Counted from the stretch's first letter, positions 25,183-42,530 are shown. The stretch is 64,000 nt of DNA from the human T2T-CHM13v2.0 reference genome, Homo sapiens (GCF_009914755.1 NC_060929.1); one strand, 5' to 3'. Numbers and translations are program-made. Notes: generated by a model from the letters alone, not told the origin.

Positions 25183-26309
25183 AGACAAACAAATTATACA
25201 TGCAAAAAGGTGGCTCCTTGCATAACACAATTTTTCCTTCAAGAAAAGGCCAACTATTCAAATATACTGCCTCCGTTACATAGCATAGTACTTTAAATCC
25301 CGGAGATTTAATCCCACAAGATTACACAAGTGGGTCACGCCCTGACTAACACAGTAAGATTAACATTTTTCAGGGATCTAAAGCTAGGGGAAACTAGGAA
25401 ACAAGCGAGCAAGTGGCACTGCCTGGGCCAGATGAATGCCCCATTTTGGGACTAAGAAACTTCCACTTCACAGTTCTGCCCATCCTGGCCTGGCCAACAT
25501 CAGATCCCTTTCCTTTTATTTGGTGGCCATCAACAGCAAAGGTCCTGAATAGAGATCAGCCTCCAATCAGAATGAAAGCAGGGCTTTGTGAAGCCATGAA
25601 TACAACATGCAGTGACCTGGTTTGTATAGGGTTGGTCAAAATGAAAGGGAATCTTTCTTCAGCAGAGACCAAGTGGTTGCTTATCTCTAGGACTCCCAAT
25701 GTGAAGTCACTCAGAAAAATAGCAGGTCCCAAAGAGTGTATATAGTTGTTTGCACTGCCCTGCTTCTTTCTATCAAAACTCACTGTCAGACAATTTTCAA
25801 CTGCTTCTGAGACACAAGCAGTTCTCAATAGGGCCATCTGAGTTTTACTAGTATCATCTCTCTGAAAGACATTTTACAGCGCCAAAAGAAAACTGACTTG
25901 TCATGTTCTGATAAAGTTTGTTAAATCTAAAAATGTTTTCTATAGGAAAATAATAAAGGAAAACTAAATGTGGAGCATTAGGAGTCCATGTTCATGCTTC
26001 ACAGACACTGACTTGTTGAGCCATCTTAATCACTGACAGTTGAGTCAGATGCTCTTACCTGAAATTCTCTGACAGAAAAACAAAGGCTATAGTGTTTTTT
26101 CAAGGAACTGAATTGTGGTTAAAATATCTGGAAAAGTTCAGGTGAATACCTTTAAAAGAATGGGAGATGGGTTCACAGATGCATCTAGTTCCAGGAAGAG
26201 AAGAACATAATTTAATAATTAGCATCTAGTACATTAAAATTTTAATATATGGAAGACAGAAGCTAACAATCCTTTTTCTATAGAGAACCAAATAGAAAGT
26301 AGGTTTAAA

Positions 26310-26830
26310 TTTATCATGTTTCTCTCCTGCTTAAACATAGCCTCCTACATCCCACACAACAAATTCCAAGTTCCTTGGATCAGTTAGTTATATTCAAGAT
26401 TTGCCACTGTTTATTCCACCCCAGATTTCCAAACTTATCTCCCATTTCTGAACTGAAACTTGCTCTCTAACCATTCTCTACTAACCATCATTTCCCAAGT
26501 ACCCATGAGCCTTTCCACCTCAATGCCTCACTTGTACCGTGCCTTCAACCTGGCCTGCCCTCCCCACTTTTATCTTCTTCTTGGTATCATATTTATCCTC
26601 CAGTCTCTAACCCTTCACAAAATTTTTCTTGAGTGTTCCAGACTACACTGATTTCTCCTGCTTCTGAATTCTTACAGCACATATTGTCAAGTACTTATAT
26701 TAGGCACTTAATAACCTACTGTGTTAGCTGTTTTTTCACACACATGTCTTGTCCCAACTAGATGCTTACAGCCTTGAGGGCAGTGCTTTTTATACCATGC
26801 ATTCCCCTACAACGTCATTAAATTGAACAG
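26310..26830 (+). mobile_element. L2 relic
   Basis: Pyrimidine-rich L2-like text (atcatgtttctctcctgcttaaa...ccttgagggcag). Confidence 0.5.
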
Positions 26831-28498
26831 TACAATTTACTGAGTCCTGAATTAGGTCACAAGAACATGCCCTTCCCCGGAGATTAGGAGACTTGCCCAT
26901 TGGCCTGAAACAATTTAAAAGAAGAATAATTGAAGCTGGAGGGATAATAATAGACTCTAGAGGATAATAATAGAAAATAGATAGATAATAATAGATGATA
27001 ATAATACACTCCAGAAGGATTCTAAAAGTCTAAAATTAGATACAACTGACAAGCCACTTGTCCTAGGCCAAGCAGAAAATAGGATGGAAAATGTGGCAAT
27101 AGCCATTGACTGAGGTGTGAAAATATTTAACCAAGTAATCAATTGGGTTATAGTTATTATGTCAAACACTGATTCAGAAGTATTATATTATTAACTTTTT
27201 GTAGTGAATTGACTTAGTCAACTAGTATTAAAGAATGATTAGACTCAGAGGTCTACTGCAAATCAAGCCAAAGCTAGAGTAAGTTCAATTTCCTCCTTTC
27301 TCTTTCTTCTTATTAAATTTATCTCCACAAGAGACTGTGTTTTGGCAGAATATTGGGTGTATTTACAGCAAACCTGAGGGGAAATTAGAATCTGCATCAA
27401 ATTTCAAATGGTGAAATTTGCTCAGTGACTACTGTCAAATTTTAGTTAAGACATGAAGACATGAGGAATATGAGAGAGACCAAAGTTCAGAAATGAGCCT
27501 TCTCAATATTCTGGTAGCTCATATGGGATATGTTGTTCCTCCAGAGCCCTTCAGGATGCCAGATGTCTTGCTTTCTCTCTCCCTTTCTTCCTCTATTTTT
27601 TGGTATCTCATCTTCTACAAGATATCTAGAGCTGTGCTTCTAGGCGAAAGTAAATGTAATACGCAAGCCATGCCAAATGTAAAACAGTTACCACTGAGAA
27701 AGCATTTTTCCAAAGGAGAGGAACTAGCTTATCAGTAGGAAGTAATTACTTTTAAGACAGCACAGTTGATTAAATTTTGTAAAATTGCTGGACCTATGTA
27801 CGAGAGGGTATAGAGAAACTTGGAGTTCATAGGACTCTAGAACAACTTCTCTGGTATGGCTCCAAAAATCGATTTCTAATCCTTCTTCTGATAGTTAAAA
27901 TGTCCACAACCTTAGACTAGGTCTAGGTCGGCCATACCTGCATAAAAATTCCTATAGAAAAAGAAATGGTGTTTCAGTCATATCATTGCCCATAATCAGA
28001 CAATTCTACCACCATTTAACACATTTGTTTTCAAGAGCTCCATATTCTTCCATTCCATCAGCCGTCCTCTGACCCTGAATTCCTTCCTTCTCAGGATAGA
28101 CTTACGTCTGCCATTTCTGTCGTAGTCTTTCTGACATCTGAGATTCCACCACCTGTCCTATTACTTTGTCCCCCTTTTCAATACGCAACTCTACACTAAC
28201 CCATTCTCCCTCCTTCTCTGATAGGGAGCCATTGCAGATGTCTGGCCAGTGAACCGAAGGGTCACCTTAGAAATCACTGCCCTTAATTTCTGATCTATAG
28301 TCCTTACCCTCCCTCATCTCTTGCAGACTTCCACAGCCATCCATGATCCTCAAACTCCCAGCTAAATCAATGCTTCTCTCAGTCTTTGCAGCAACTTCTC
28401 CTATACTTTACTCACAGAAGAAAAAGCCATAGACATAGACTGGGAGAGACTATTCACATAAATATTTCTAATTTAGAGTTTGTGTCTATAATATATAA

Positions 28499-28846
<348 letters not shown>

Positions 28847-29035
28847 CATAAATCCATTTTTAAAAGACAAAAGTTTGACCAGATACTACACAAAAGAAGA
28901 TATGCAAATAGGGAATAAAAACATGAAAAGGTGCTCAAAATCATTAATCATTAAATAAATACAAAGTACAAACTATAATGGGACACCTTGTCACATCCAC
29001 TCACAATAAATAGAATAAAAAAGACTGGCATAACT

Positions 29036-29793
29036 GGTGGTAGGAATTAATATAGCCATTATGGAAAACAGTATGGAGGTTCCTCAGAAAACATAAAATA
29101 GAATTACCATATGATTCAGCATTCTGCTTTTGGGCATATATCCAAAGGAATTGAAATCAGTGTGTTAAAGAGGTATCTGCACTCCCATATTCATTGGAGT
29201 ATTATTTGCAATACCTAAAATATGGAAGCAACCTAGGTATCCATCATCAGATAAATGGATTTTTGAAAGGTGGTGTATATGCACAATGGAATACTATGCA
29301 ACCTCAAAAAAGAAGGAAATTCTGTCATTTGAGGCAACATGGATGAACCTGGAGGACATTGTGCTAAGTAAATAAGCCAGGCACAGAAAGACAAATACCA
29401 CATGATCTCACTCTTATGTGGAATCTAAAAAAGTTGAACTCATAGAAGCTGAGAGTAGAATGGTGGTCACCAGGGGCTGGGGATGTTAGTGGACAGGGAA
29501 AGGGGAGATGTTGATCAAAGGGTACAAAGTTTCCATTAGCCCAGAGGAATAAGCTTTAGTCACTTATTGCACACAATGTTGATTATAATAATGTGTTTTA
29601 TATTTCAAAATTGCTAAAAGAACAGAGTTTTAATGTTTTTACCACAAAAATGCTAAGTATGTGAGGTGATGAATTTGTTAATCAGCTTGATTTAATTATT
29701 CCACAAGGTAAAAATGCTGCATATCAAAATACCAGGTCATACACCGTAAATATATATGATAATTACTTGTCAATTAAAAATAAAATTTAATAT
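29036..29793 (+). mobile_element. L1MA-like 3' end nested in L1ME
   Basis: ggatgaacctggaggacatt...atgtgaggtgatg...tgtcaattaaaaataaaa; degenerate TSD aaaaagactggcata / aaaaaggctagcata. Confidence 0.85.
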
Positions 29794-30432
29794 AAAAAGG
29801 CTAGCATACAAAATATTGGTGAGAATGCAGAACAACTAGAATTCTCAAATGTTGCTAATGGGAATATAACTACTGTTTTGAAGAATGTTTTGGTAGTTTC
29901 TTATAAAGTTAAATCGAAACCTATCCTATGACCCAGAAATCCCATTCAAGGTCCTCACCCAAGAGAATTGGGGAAAAAAAATTGTCCACAAAAAGACTTG
30001 TATAAGAAAACTTCATTACAGTAGTTAAAGCCTGGAAACAGCCCAAATGTCCATCAATAACTGAATGGAAAAACAAATTGTGGTATAGCTATACAATGGA
30101 TCCTACTCAGAATTAAAAAGAAACAAACTATTGATATACACAATAATATGGATGAATCTCAAAAATAATATTTAGAGGAAAAAAACCAGAAAGTACATAC
30201 TATCTGATTCCACGTATATAAAGACCAAGAACAAGCAAACCTAATCCACAGTGAGAGAAATAAGGTTCTCTGGTATTGGGAAAGGAAATAATTGGCTGAA
30301 CGAGGAAAGGAAACTTTCTGGGATGATGGAAGCGTTATCTATCTTAACAGAAGTGTAGATGCCATAACTGTATGCATTTGTCAAAATTCACTAAACTGAA
30401 AATTTAACATCTACCAATATTATTATATGTAA

Positions 30433-30745
<313 letters not shown>

Positions 30746-31490
30746 TTATACCTCTATTTAAATAAATAAATAAATCAAAAGTAGAAAAAAGTGAAAATGT
30801 CTGTATGTCTATATATTCCTCAAAAAATTGCATCTGGGTTTTATTTGTAGAATATCTTACATTCAATGGTTCACACTCTATAGGTACTTTATAAAGCTTG
30901 ATAAATTGTTGATTTCAAGGTATACTCTTACAAACTAAACTGTTTCAGTCTTCAAAAAGGATTTATTGGGGAGTGTAGCATTGCTATGTTTGAAAGTATC
31001 AATATTCAAGTCAAGAAATGAACTTTTTTTTTCTTTGTAGTCATTGAAGCCTAGTAAAAACCAAGCCACTTGAAGAAAGAAGTAAATGTGAAGCTCTGGG
31101 ATGACCTAGCCATGTTGATCTGTTCACTTACGGTGTTTCTAATGCCCAGGACATAGCTGAATGCCTTGTAGGCATTTAATGTTTATGGAATAAATGAACA
31201 AGTCAGGATGGGTAGAAAAGAGAAGACAATAGGGTTATTAGAAAAGAAAAAAAAAGGTATAATTCCTAAAAATAGTTACTCTGCCAATAAAATAATTAAT
31301 ATTAGACCTGTAATTATATTATATTGACCATATTATAAATTTTGCATCATTGTCGCCTCCTAAATATGTTATAGAAGAAAGTGAGTGCTGGATAATAGGA
31401 ATGGTGTTGGATTAACCATGCATGAATAATTCAAAGTTGATTTTAGGCACCCAGGACTGAGATAGGAATAATAGAAAGACCTTTAGAATT

Positions 31491-31996
31491 TTTTCTTAAT
31501 AAATTAATGTTTATTTTTCAATTGACACATAATAATTTCACATATTTATGGGGTACAGTGTGTTGTTTCAATGCCTGTATAAGTTGTTTAATGATCAAAT
31601 CAGGGTAATAACCATATTCTTCACCCTAAGCATTTTATCATTTTTTAGTGGTGATAATATTAAAAATGTCTTCTAGCTAACTTGAAATATACACTACATC
31701 GTGCTTTGCTATAGTCACCCTTCTGTGTACTAGAACACTAGAACTAACTCTTCCTTTCTAACTATAACCTAAATGCCCATTGATAGGTGGATGGCACACG
31801 GATGAACCTGGAGGACAGTATGTGAAGTGAAATAAGCCAGGTACAGAAAAACAAACATCAAATGATCTCACTCATATGTGGAATCTAAAAAAGTTTATTT
31901 CATGGAAGGAAAGGTAGAACAGTGGCCACCAGTGGCTGGGGAGGGTAGGAGAGAGAGGGGACCAGAAGAGGCTGGTCAACAAGTTCAAAGTTACAC
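31491..31996 (-). mobile_element. L1MA-like 3' end with 5' inversion
   Basis: Antisense 3'UTR to about 31768, then sense 3'UTR to 31996; ttagaatt at 31483-31490 and 31997-32004. Confidence 0.8.
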
Positions 31997-32201
31997 TTAG
32001 AATTCTTATTAAGCTTGATAATCATATTATGAAGGTTCAGGGTTCATAATTTAGTCTGCTATCATCCACACAGAAAACATGTTAGGTCACCTATAAATTG
32101 TACTACAATCTTCTCTCCAGTTATTATGGTACGTTATTCTAACTAAAGGCAAACGTATTTTACTTTGTCTGGGATCTACCAAGATCTTCAGGGCTGGGAA
32201 G

Positions 32202-32596
32202 TGTTACCGGTGGAGGGTGTCCAGGCTCTTGGCATTTTGAACAAAGAATTGGACAAAACGCACCAACAAAGCAAGGAAACAATAAGGCAACAAAAGCAGA
32301 GATTTATTGAAAATGAAACTACACTCCACAGGGTGGGAGCAGGCCTGAGCATAGGGGCTCAAGAGCCCAGTTACAGAATTTTCTGGGGCTTAAATACCCT
32401 CTAGAGGCTTCCATTGGTTACTTGTTGTATGTCCCATGTAAATGAAGAGGCTAAAGTGAAGTTGCAAAGTCATTTATTAGTGTACGCCCTATGTAAATGA
32501 AGAGGCTATTTCCCGTCATAGCTGATGTGTTTCCGTTTGATTTCGTTCTAAGAAGTTCTTAGGTTACCTGCCTCCATGCCCTATTCTCCTGCCTCA
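32202..32596 (-). mobile_element. MER61-like ERV1 solo LTR (395 bp)
   Basis: tgttaccggtggagggtgtccagg...ccctattctcctgcctca; 4-bp TSD gaag at 32198-32201 and 32597-32600. Confidence 0.85.
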
Positions 32597-33394
32597 GAAG
32601 CACAGCCCTCATTTTGCTACACCCCAATCTGTATCAGACTATCTCAAAGAGCATTCCAGTTTTTAAGAAAAGTTTTCAGAGAAAAATTCTTTTAAATAAA
32701 CTCTATAATAAAAATCTCTTGCATTTAACATTGGCAGAGTGAAGAAGGGGTATCTCTAAACCCGTCATTCTGAGAAATTATTGTATAAACATATTAGTAA
32801 GACAGAAAAAAGGAAGACTGGAGCAGAATTCAATGGAATGGAAATCAAAATAGCAGGAATAGGAAAAAAGATAAATAAAGACAAGAATAAAAGAAGATGA
32901 CAGGCAAAAGGAAGACATGTGAAGTAGCCATGGAAATGAGATACAAACACAGCCAGCATCCGTCCTCATACGGCTACTTACTATGGCCCTGCAGGAGGCA
33001 GAAAGAGAGAAGACAAATAGGACTTCATCTTTGCTTTATCTTTAAACTCCTATTCCTAAATCTAGCCTTATTACCCCTTGTTTTAAGAGGAAAACATTTT
33101 ACTAAAGGCCTTCTTTCCATTGTTCGAATCTTCAAGACATTTTACAGAAATGAAGCAATGCTGCTAACCTTTTGGGTGACAGTAGGAAAGGAAACAAGAA
33201 TACAAGGGAGAGCTTATTTCCCAGTCCAGGGAACTTTGCTTCAGTTCTGGCTGAGTGTCCAGTTTCGGATGTAACATTTTTTTCTGAATGTAGACTTCAT
33301 CATGCTGGTAGCTCAGAACAATACACTGTAAGCAGTAGTGGCAGCTCCTGAGCTCCGGCTCTCAGGACTCTGCTGCAGGTGCTTTAACAGGCAT

Positions 33395-33527
33395 TTCCCT
33401 TCCTCCTTCCCTCCCTCCCTTCCTTCTTTCCTTCCTTCCTTCTTTCCTTCCTTCCCTCCTTCCTCCCTCACCCCCTCACTCCTTCCCCCCTCACCCCCTC
33501 ACTCCTTCCCTTCCTTCTTTCTTTTTT
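33395..33527. repeat. CT-rich (CCTT/CCCT)n low-complexity tract
   Basis: About 130 nt almost purely pyrimidine. Confidence 0.9.
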
Positions 33528-34254
33528 TAAATTAAAGCTTATTTTCAAAAATACTTTCCACTGCAAGTCTCAGCTGGGGTGAAGATGAGACCCAGAGGCA
33601 GAGACACAGGTGCCTCCACTCTTCCAGTGAGCTTCCTAAGTCCTGCCTCACTGATCCCCACTTCACTTCTTTCCCAATGCCTCCCTTCCTCTTCAGTCCC
33701 GAAAAGGATCTGATGTTGCATTCAAGGAAAACGTTCAAAGCCATTTCAATCCCATTTTGGATGCCATTCCTTTTTTCTGTAAAAGACACTTTAAGCTTCA
33801 TATGTACATTTTTTAAAAAACAAGTTTTCGTAAAATCTGAGTCCTTAGTAATGCTTAATTCTAATCCTTCCTTCTCTTAATAAAAATTCTGAAAAGGCTG
33901 CCTTCCCTAACCTCACAACAGCTGCACATTACCTACAGTGTTTCATACTATTTAATTAGGCTTTGTTTCAGCATCCACAACACCTTAGTCAATTTGGCAT
34001 TTATTTCATATCCACAAATGCCAGAATTATCTCAGAGTATTTAACACATACGCTGAAATATCTGCAAGGGAATGTTTTACCTGCAGAGGAACAGTGAGTA
34101 CAAATTCAGTACATTTTCATCCTCTATCCCCTAGGGCGAATCTTCTTGTTCAGGCTTTTTCCCTCTCCGCTATGCTTGAAAAGAAGAGAGCAGAGCATTG
34201 TGTTGCCTATCCAAAAATGGGGACAGAGCTTCAGGTTAAATGGGTGGAGGAAAA

Positions 34255-34480
34255 GGTAAACTATTACTGAATGCCCACTATGTACAAGACATTGATGCTA
34301 GGTGTTTTATCTATATTTTAAAATTTAACCCTCACAATTCCCTCATGAGGTAAATATAATTATTTCTATTTTCCAGATGATGGAACTGGAGCAGAGAGAG
34401 GGTACATGTTAGGCAGTTAAGAGTTCTATCAGATTTCATTACACTACCTACTTCTTCACTTCACCGGATTGTTCATATCA
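34255..34480 (-). mobile_element. MIR
   Basis: tattactgaatgcccactatgt...tttaaccctcacaa...ttttccagatgatggaactgga. Confidence 0.7.
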
Positions 34481-34719
34481 AACTCAAACAAGTAGCTACG
34501 ACAACCCTAGGAGGACCTAAATCTGGTCCTACCTTGGTTGGTGATTTCACAAAGGTTATGACAATGAGCAGGTAGCCCCTTCCTCTTCTGGGTAGAGCGA
34601 GGTCACAGTGCAGGCATACCACCTGAATCATCTGTGTGCCGAGGTCACCAAGGACACAGGCATTGGGGTTAGATAGCTGTTTAGGTCCCAGTTGGCTATG
34701 TGACCTTTGGGTTGTTTGT

Positions 34720-34862
34720 GCATTTATTCATTCATGCATGCATGCATACGTCAGTCTACAAGTATTTATTGAGCGCCTATTATGTGCCAACCATTCTAGA
34801 TTTTGAGAAAACAGCAGTAAACAAAACAAATTAGGCCATCACAGAGTCTACATAGTCAGGGA
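34720..34862 (-). mobile_element. L2 3' end
   Basis: cattcattc-like tail, then aagtatttattgagcgcctattatgtgcca...acagcagtaaacaaaaca. Confidence 0.75.
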
Positions 34863-37800
34863 ATGTAAAACATTATGCCTCTACTTTCTTCTTGTGTGAA
34901 GTGGAAGTAATAGAACTGCCCTCATGAGGTTGTGCTAAAGATTAACTAAGTTAATCTGGGATTTTTTTTTTAACTTTAAAATGAAAACCTTTATCTCTAG
35001 TACAAATTGAGCTAAAATCAATATAGGTGATAACAGCGGGACTTTTTGTGTATAGAAATGGGGTGAGAAGGAACAATTGTCCCCCAAAGTGCCAGGGGTA
35101 ATTTCCTGTCACATTTAGTTGAGAGGAGAAGTCTCTAATGTGAGCTGCTAGGCTACCATTCATTTAAGTGCTAATGGAAATGTCAGGCTGAATTGAGGGT
35201 CTCATTTTCCTGCAAATTTCAGTGTGCAAAGTAGTCCTCGGGTTTATTTCTGCCTGGTACAGAAAATAAAGGAAAGTACAGGTGTTACAGTAATTATTTT
35301 AAATAACCCAAGCTTAAGCTTAAGAGAGAGTGCTTATCTATAATACCTTTGGAAAATCTGGCATTTTTTTTTCTCTCTCTCTTTTTTGGAAAGCTGGAGC
35401 AGTATCTAATCTGCTTTCTAAGGTTCAAGAGCTAATAGGAGTGCACAGAACAAAGATTTGATTGGTTAATGGTTTCCTACCCATTCCAAGGACTTTCTAG
35501 ACTCCACAGGTCATGGGTGCCAATACAGACAGCACCAGAAGAGTATAGGGGTCAGCCCAAGTTTCAGTAATCAACTTCCTGAAATTAAGGGGGAAGACAG
35601 GGAAGACAGGCAAGAAATGAGACATAGCTATAAAAAGCTTAATCATCTGCCCAACATCTCAGGTAATAAATACATCTCCCAGGCAGTGACCCCAGATCTC
35701 TCCATTTGATTGTAGACTTAGAATTTTAAAAATCATAAATTTTGTTCACTTCATTTCTGAGAATACTTTGTGGTGTTCTCGATTAAGGGGAAAAAAGGTC
35801 ATTCCATTTCAAACCTATTCATTAGAATTTTAAAAAGAAAGAAAGAAAACCAAAGTCTTTCATTTAGCCCATGCCTTAAATAAATATTTATTTGCTGATC
35901 TATCTTTGGTTCAGGGTTAGCAAGACAGTCTGGTGGTTATGGTTTTTGATACAAGTTTCATTTTGGTATAAATTCCTGCCCAAGAGGTATAAAAAGACAC
36001 AGAAGTGAAGTGAAATCAAAATAAAGACAATGAGGAAGAACAGAAAGGGATTCTTTTGGAGACATTTTACAGCAAACATACCTAATAATGACAATCTTGG
36101 TTATAATTTAATAGTTATATGATGTTTCCATTCACTGAATCCCCTTTATTCTTACACAAAATAATGTGCCATGGCTTCCCTACCTCTTCAAAAATCGACA
36201 GGGCAGAGCCACGAGCTTCAGATAGTTTTCTGAGTCTATAGGCCAGCCCCTCCAAAGGGGTAGAAAACATCTGGCAGTAGCTTGTGGAGGCCTGCAAGCC
36301 TCCCTCATAAAAGGGGCTCTGAGGGATCATTTTAGCTGATCTCTTTTGACTATGCAAGAAATAGTTATTAGTTTCTTGGCTGGAAATCAATGCTATATGG
36401 GTTTTCAACATATCGGTTTTCTGAATTACATGAGGGTGGTTCATAGGAGTAAGCTGGCCGGGCTATCTCAGCTGACTTCCATGAACATTAACTGCATGTC
36501 ACTTGTACGTGAATCTGGATGCCAAGTGGGCAGCTCCTTTGGTAGAAAAACTAAAAATCACTGGATGTTTCTGTATGTATGTGTGTGACAGCACTACCTA
36601 GCTGTCTCTGCCAATGTTCTCCAAGAATTATTCCAGGATTTTTTTTAAAGTTTAAAAGAGAGAAAAATATTGAATACAAAAATCCTATGAGGCAGGTTTA
36701 ACTTAAGCTGTGACTCTGCCCATAAATGGAAATTTTGAGTACACAATAGAAATTAAACACAAATAACTAGTATTTACTCAAGAAAAGTACACTCACATAT
36801 TTGCCAAGGGTGAAAAATAAAGATGTGATTTTTCCTACTAAGTAGGAAGGCATCATAGATTTTGCAGAATGACCTTTATAGATCAGAATCATGGAGGGCA
36901 ACAACCAGGCTAAGTCACAAAATAGACTTTGAGTCTTCTGTCCCTGAGTAGACTTGGTCCAATATCACTGATGAGAAAGCAATGATCCCAGCTTTGAAGA
37001 TGGCAATCTAGCTCCAGGGTCTAACTCCAACTGTTGCATACAGAAGAGGTTCTATGGTGTCACAAGATCTGAGTTGGAGTCCTGACTCTGTGATTTTGGA
37101 TATGCCACTGAGCCTCTCTGAAGGTAAAATTAGATCTTGTAATGGAGAGATTCTTACGTTCCGGTCAGCCCAAATCAGAATTCAGGGTCTAGCTAAGCTT
37201 AGAAACTGGAAGATATGGTGATTCCTGAGTCTATTTTAGGAGTTTATTTGCATACAAGTAAGAGGTAGTTAAGTTATAAATCTGAACAGAAATGTATATT
37301 GGGAGAGAAAAGGAAAATAGGCTTATAGAGAAAATTTTGTCTAATCTCCAGCCTGAAGCCTATGGGCCAAAAGGTTGAAGGCAGAGGTTAAAGGGACTCT
37401 TTTACTCCAAATTTTATAAGGGCTGAGACCCTCACGTGGGCATGTGTGAAAACACATAGGACATTCCAGAAATACCTAGAGGGAATGGGGAAAGAAGAAG
37501 GAGGGTGTCGGGATGCTCGGCAGCAATGTTTGAAGAGAATCTGAGCCAGGGAAATTGGGATAAAGATGTTAACATGACTTTGTTCTCCCATACATGAAAG
37601 ACCATTTAATCCTCACAACAACATGAGGAAATAAATATCATTAACCCTGCTTACTCCATTTCTGTGTTTCAGAAGGTAGATAGATGAAGTTAATGCTGTT
37701 AACTGTGCATAACAGGATTTGAGTTCTTTCCTGTAAGTAGATCATACTGTCTTTAAGCACTAAATTCTGTTCCTTTGCCTACTTGCAGCTATAAAATTCT

Positions 37801-38777
37801 TAAAGAAAAAAACAAGACAGACAACTGAAAGGGATGCTCAAATTGTTTTAGATACAGGATAATTAAGTGTCAAAAAGAGAATGAGCAGGGATTGGGTTTG
37901 AGAACAACCTAGGCATAAATCAGGAAGCTCGAATTTTTATACTTTCTGCATCAACACTTTTCTTTCTTAGACTCACATGAAAACAGAGTGGAAATACTGA
38001 GAGGGAGATCTCTCTCAGTGCCCTTGCAGAGGTCAAACACTTTCTTATCTAACTCTGATTTACTTGGGTTGCATGGAAATTAGTGAGCTTGGCTTGATCA
38101 CTGATGGTTCTGGCATTTCACATTGGAGACTTAAGCCATTTTGGCCAATGCCTTGGTTTGCCTTGGAGTAACATGGTAAGCAGCTCTCTCAACAAGCCAT
38201 TTCAATTATTTTTAATGATTATTTTAACCTTAGATAGTAAAGAAAAACCTCAACAAGGGTGAGACACTCTCTAGCAGTTTTAATTTTACTTAAGGTCATG
38301 TCTGAGATATCTGGATTTCTTTAATTCTGAATGGAACTACACAAATCTTGCCTTTCTCAGAAGGAATTTCAGTCATTTATCAAGAGCAGAGAGTTCTTTT
38401 CATGTTTTGGAAATACAGCTTATGTTCCGAGGGGCCAGGATCACTTTCCCTGCAGCATGGGGCCAGCTCTACCTAGGGAATGATTAAGCCTATTTGATTT
38501 AGAAAAATATGCATATAATTGACTCAAAAGATAGTCTTTATATTTATGCAGCTCTTCTTATTTATTTATTTTACATCCATTTCCACAAAGTGCTTTCATA
38601 TTATTTTCTCAGTTGATTCTCACCAATTCTCTGTGGTTTTGGAAAGTCAAATAACACTGTACTCCTTTACAGATAAGGAAACTTGAGCCCAAGAAAGCTT
38701 ACTTGATATGTGGAAGGTCTTAAGGGTAACCGATGGCAGAGGTATTACGACTCCTTATTCTTTGCACTGATTTATGA

Positions 38778-39305
38778 GTGTTCCATTTACTTACTTCTGT
38801 GTAACAAACAAGTCCAAACTGTTCATGGATTCAGAGCATCAGGAATTTAGACAGGACACAGTGGAAATGGCCTATGTCTTCCCCCCCGAGGTCTGGGGCT
38901 TCAGCTAGGAAGAATAGATGATGTCCAGGCTTAAAGAAGACTCACATGTCTGGTGCCTGAGCAAGGATGACTAGAACATCAGCTGCAACTATAAACCAGA
39001 ACACCTACATGAGGCCTCTCCATGTGGCTTGGGCCTCTCCCAGCACATCATCTGCATTCTGAGGAGCACTTCCAAAAGGGAGCATCTAGAAGGGGAGTGT
39101 TCTAGAGAACTAGGCAGGAGATGAATGGCCTCAGATGTCACACAGAAACCATGCTGCTGTATTCTCTTGGCTATAAGTGAGTCAGTAAGCCCAGATTCAA
39201 TGGAAGATGACTGTTGGTGGAAGAGTGGCAGGGTCACATTTAGAAGAGCATTTATGATGGCAGATGCTATTGTGGACATCTTTGAAAAATGTCATCTTCC
39301 ACTAT
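38778..39305 (-). mobile_element. MLT1 (H-like) solo LTR
   Basis: tgtgtaacaaac...ctcacatgtctgg...ggcctctccatgtggcttgggc...agcccagattcaa. Confidence 0.78.
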
Positions 39306-39309
39306 AAGC

Positions 39310-40170
<861 letters not shown>

Positions 40171-40389
40171 TAATCATGTGCCTGAGACCAGGTTTCACCT
40201 CTTGTCCTAGTATAATTATAATTCTTTTTACCCTCAAAATTATCCAGTTTTGGATGATAAACTATATGGCCACCCTACAATTAATCATATATATGTGTCT
40301 GTACTCCCTCCCCAAACCCTACTTAAAAGTAGGGTTTTAAGGCAATAAATACATTTTAAAAATATTAGTCAAAAGGTCCAAGAGAAGAG

Positions 40390-40447
40390 ATGGATTGATG
40401 GATGGATGAATGGATGAATGGATGGATGGATGGATGGATGGATGGAT
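40390..40447. repeat. (GGAT)n microsatellite
   Basis: Direct read. Confidence 0.9.
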
Positions 40448-40499
40448 ACATAAGTAGGTGGATAGAAAGAGAAGTAGATGAATGGATATGTAGATGCCT

Positions 40500-41170
40500 A
40501 GATATATATAAAATAAATAGACTGATCATTCAGCCAACAACTAACTGGGAAAAAAGAGAATCAAAGAGTGAAATGTGTGTTGTGGTGAGAATCAAAGTTT
40601 GGTGTGATGACCAAGAGTGACTTTGGCTATTTCTGGCTGAAAGTTTTCTCTGAAAACATTAAATTTAAATTGATATTTGAATGGCAAGAAGAAGCAAGTC
40701 CTTCAAAGAGTTGGAAGGAACACTTTCTATTAGGGAAATTAATTAGTGCAAAGGCCATAAGCTAAGATTAAATTTAGCTTGTTTGAGAAACTTAAATACT
40801 TATGTAGCTGAAGCATAGTACCCATCTAAGATGAAGTCTGAGAGGTAGGTCAGACCATTTAGGATCTGTAAAATAGAGTAAGTTAGAGTAAGAAAGCAAG
40901 CTGGAGCAAGGAGTTTGGATTTTATCCTAAATGAAATGTGAATTAATTAAAGAATTTTAAACAGAGTAATATCGCATAAATATTTTTTAATAAGAAAGAC
41001 ATGGACAATGAATTGTGGAGAGTCAAGGGTGGAAGCTGGCAGATCAGTTATGAGGCTATTGCAGTGGTCTTGGCAAGAGAAAATAGTGTCTTAGGCAAGA
41101 ACGACAGAAAGAAGAGTGAAGTGTTTGAATTAGGAAGGAAAATTTGACAGGGCTTGCAGAAGGCATAAGG
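40500..41170 (-). mobile_element. L2 relic
   Basis: gtgcaaaggcc...gagtttggattttatcctaa...tgaggctattgcagtggtc. Confidence 0.6.
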
Positions 41171-41184
41171 CAAAAGACTGACAG

Positions 41185-42530
<1,346 letters not shown>

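Noticed and set aside
32202-32596. Possible p53 element in the MER61-like LTR
   Set aside because: I see no paired RRRCWWGYYY decamers in this copy
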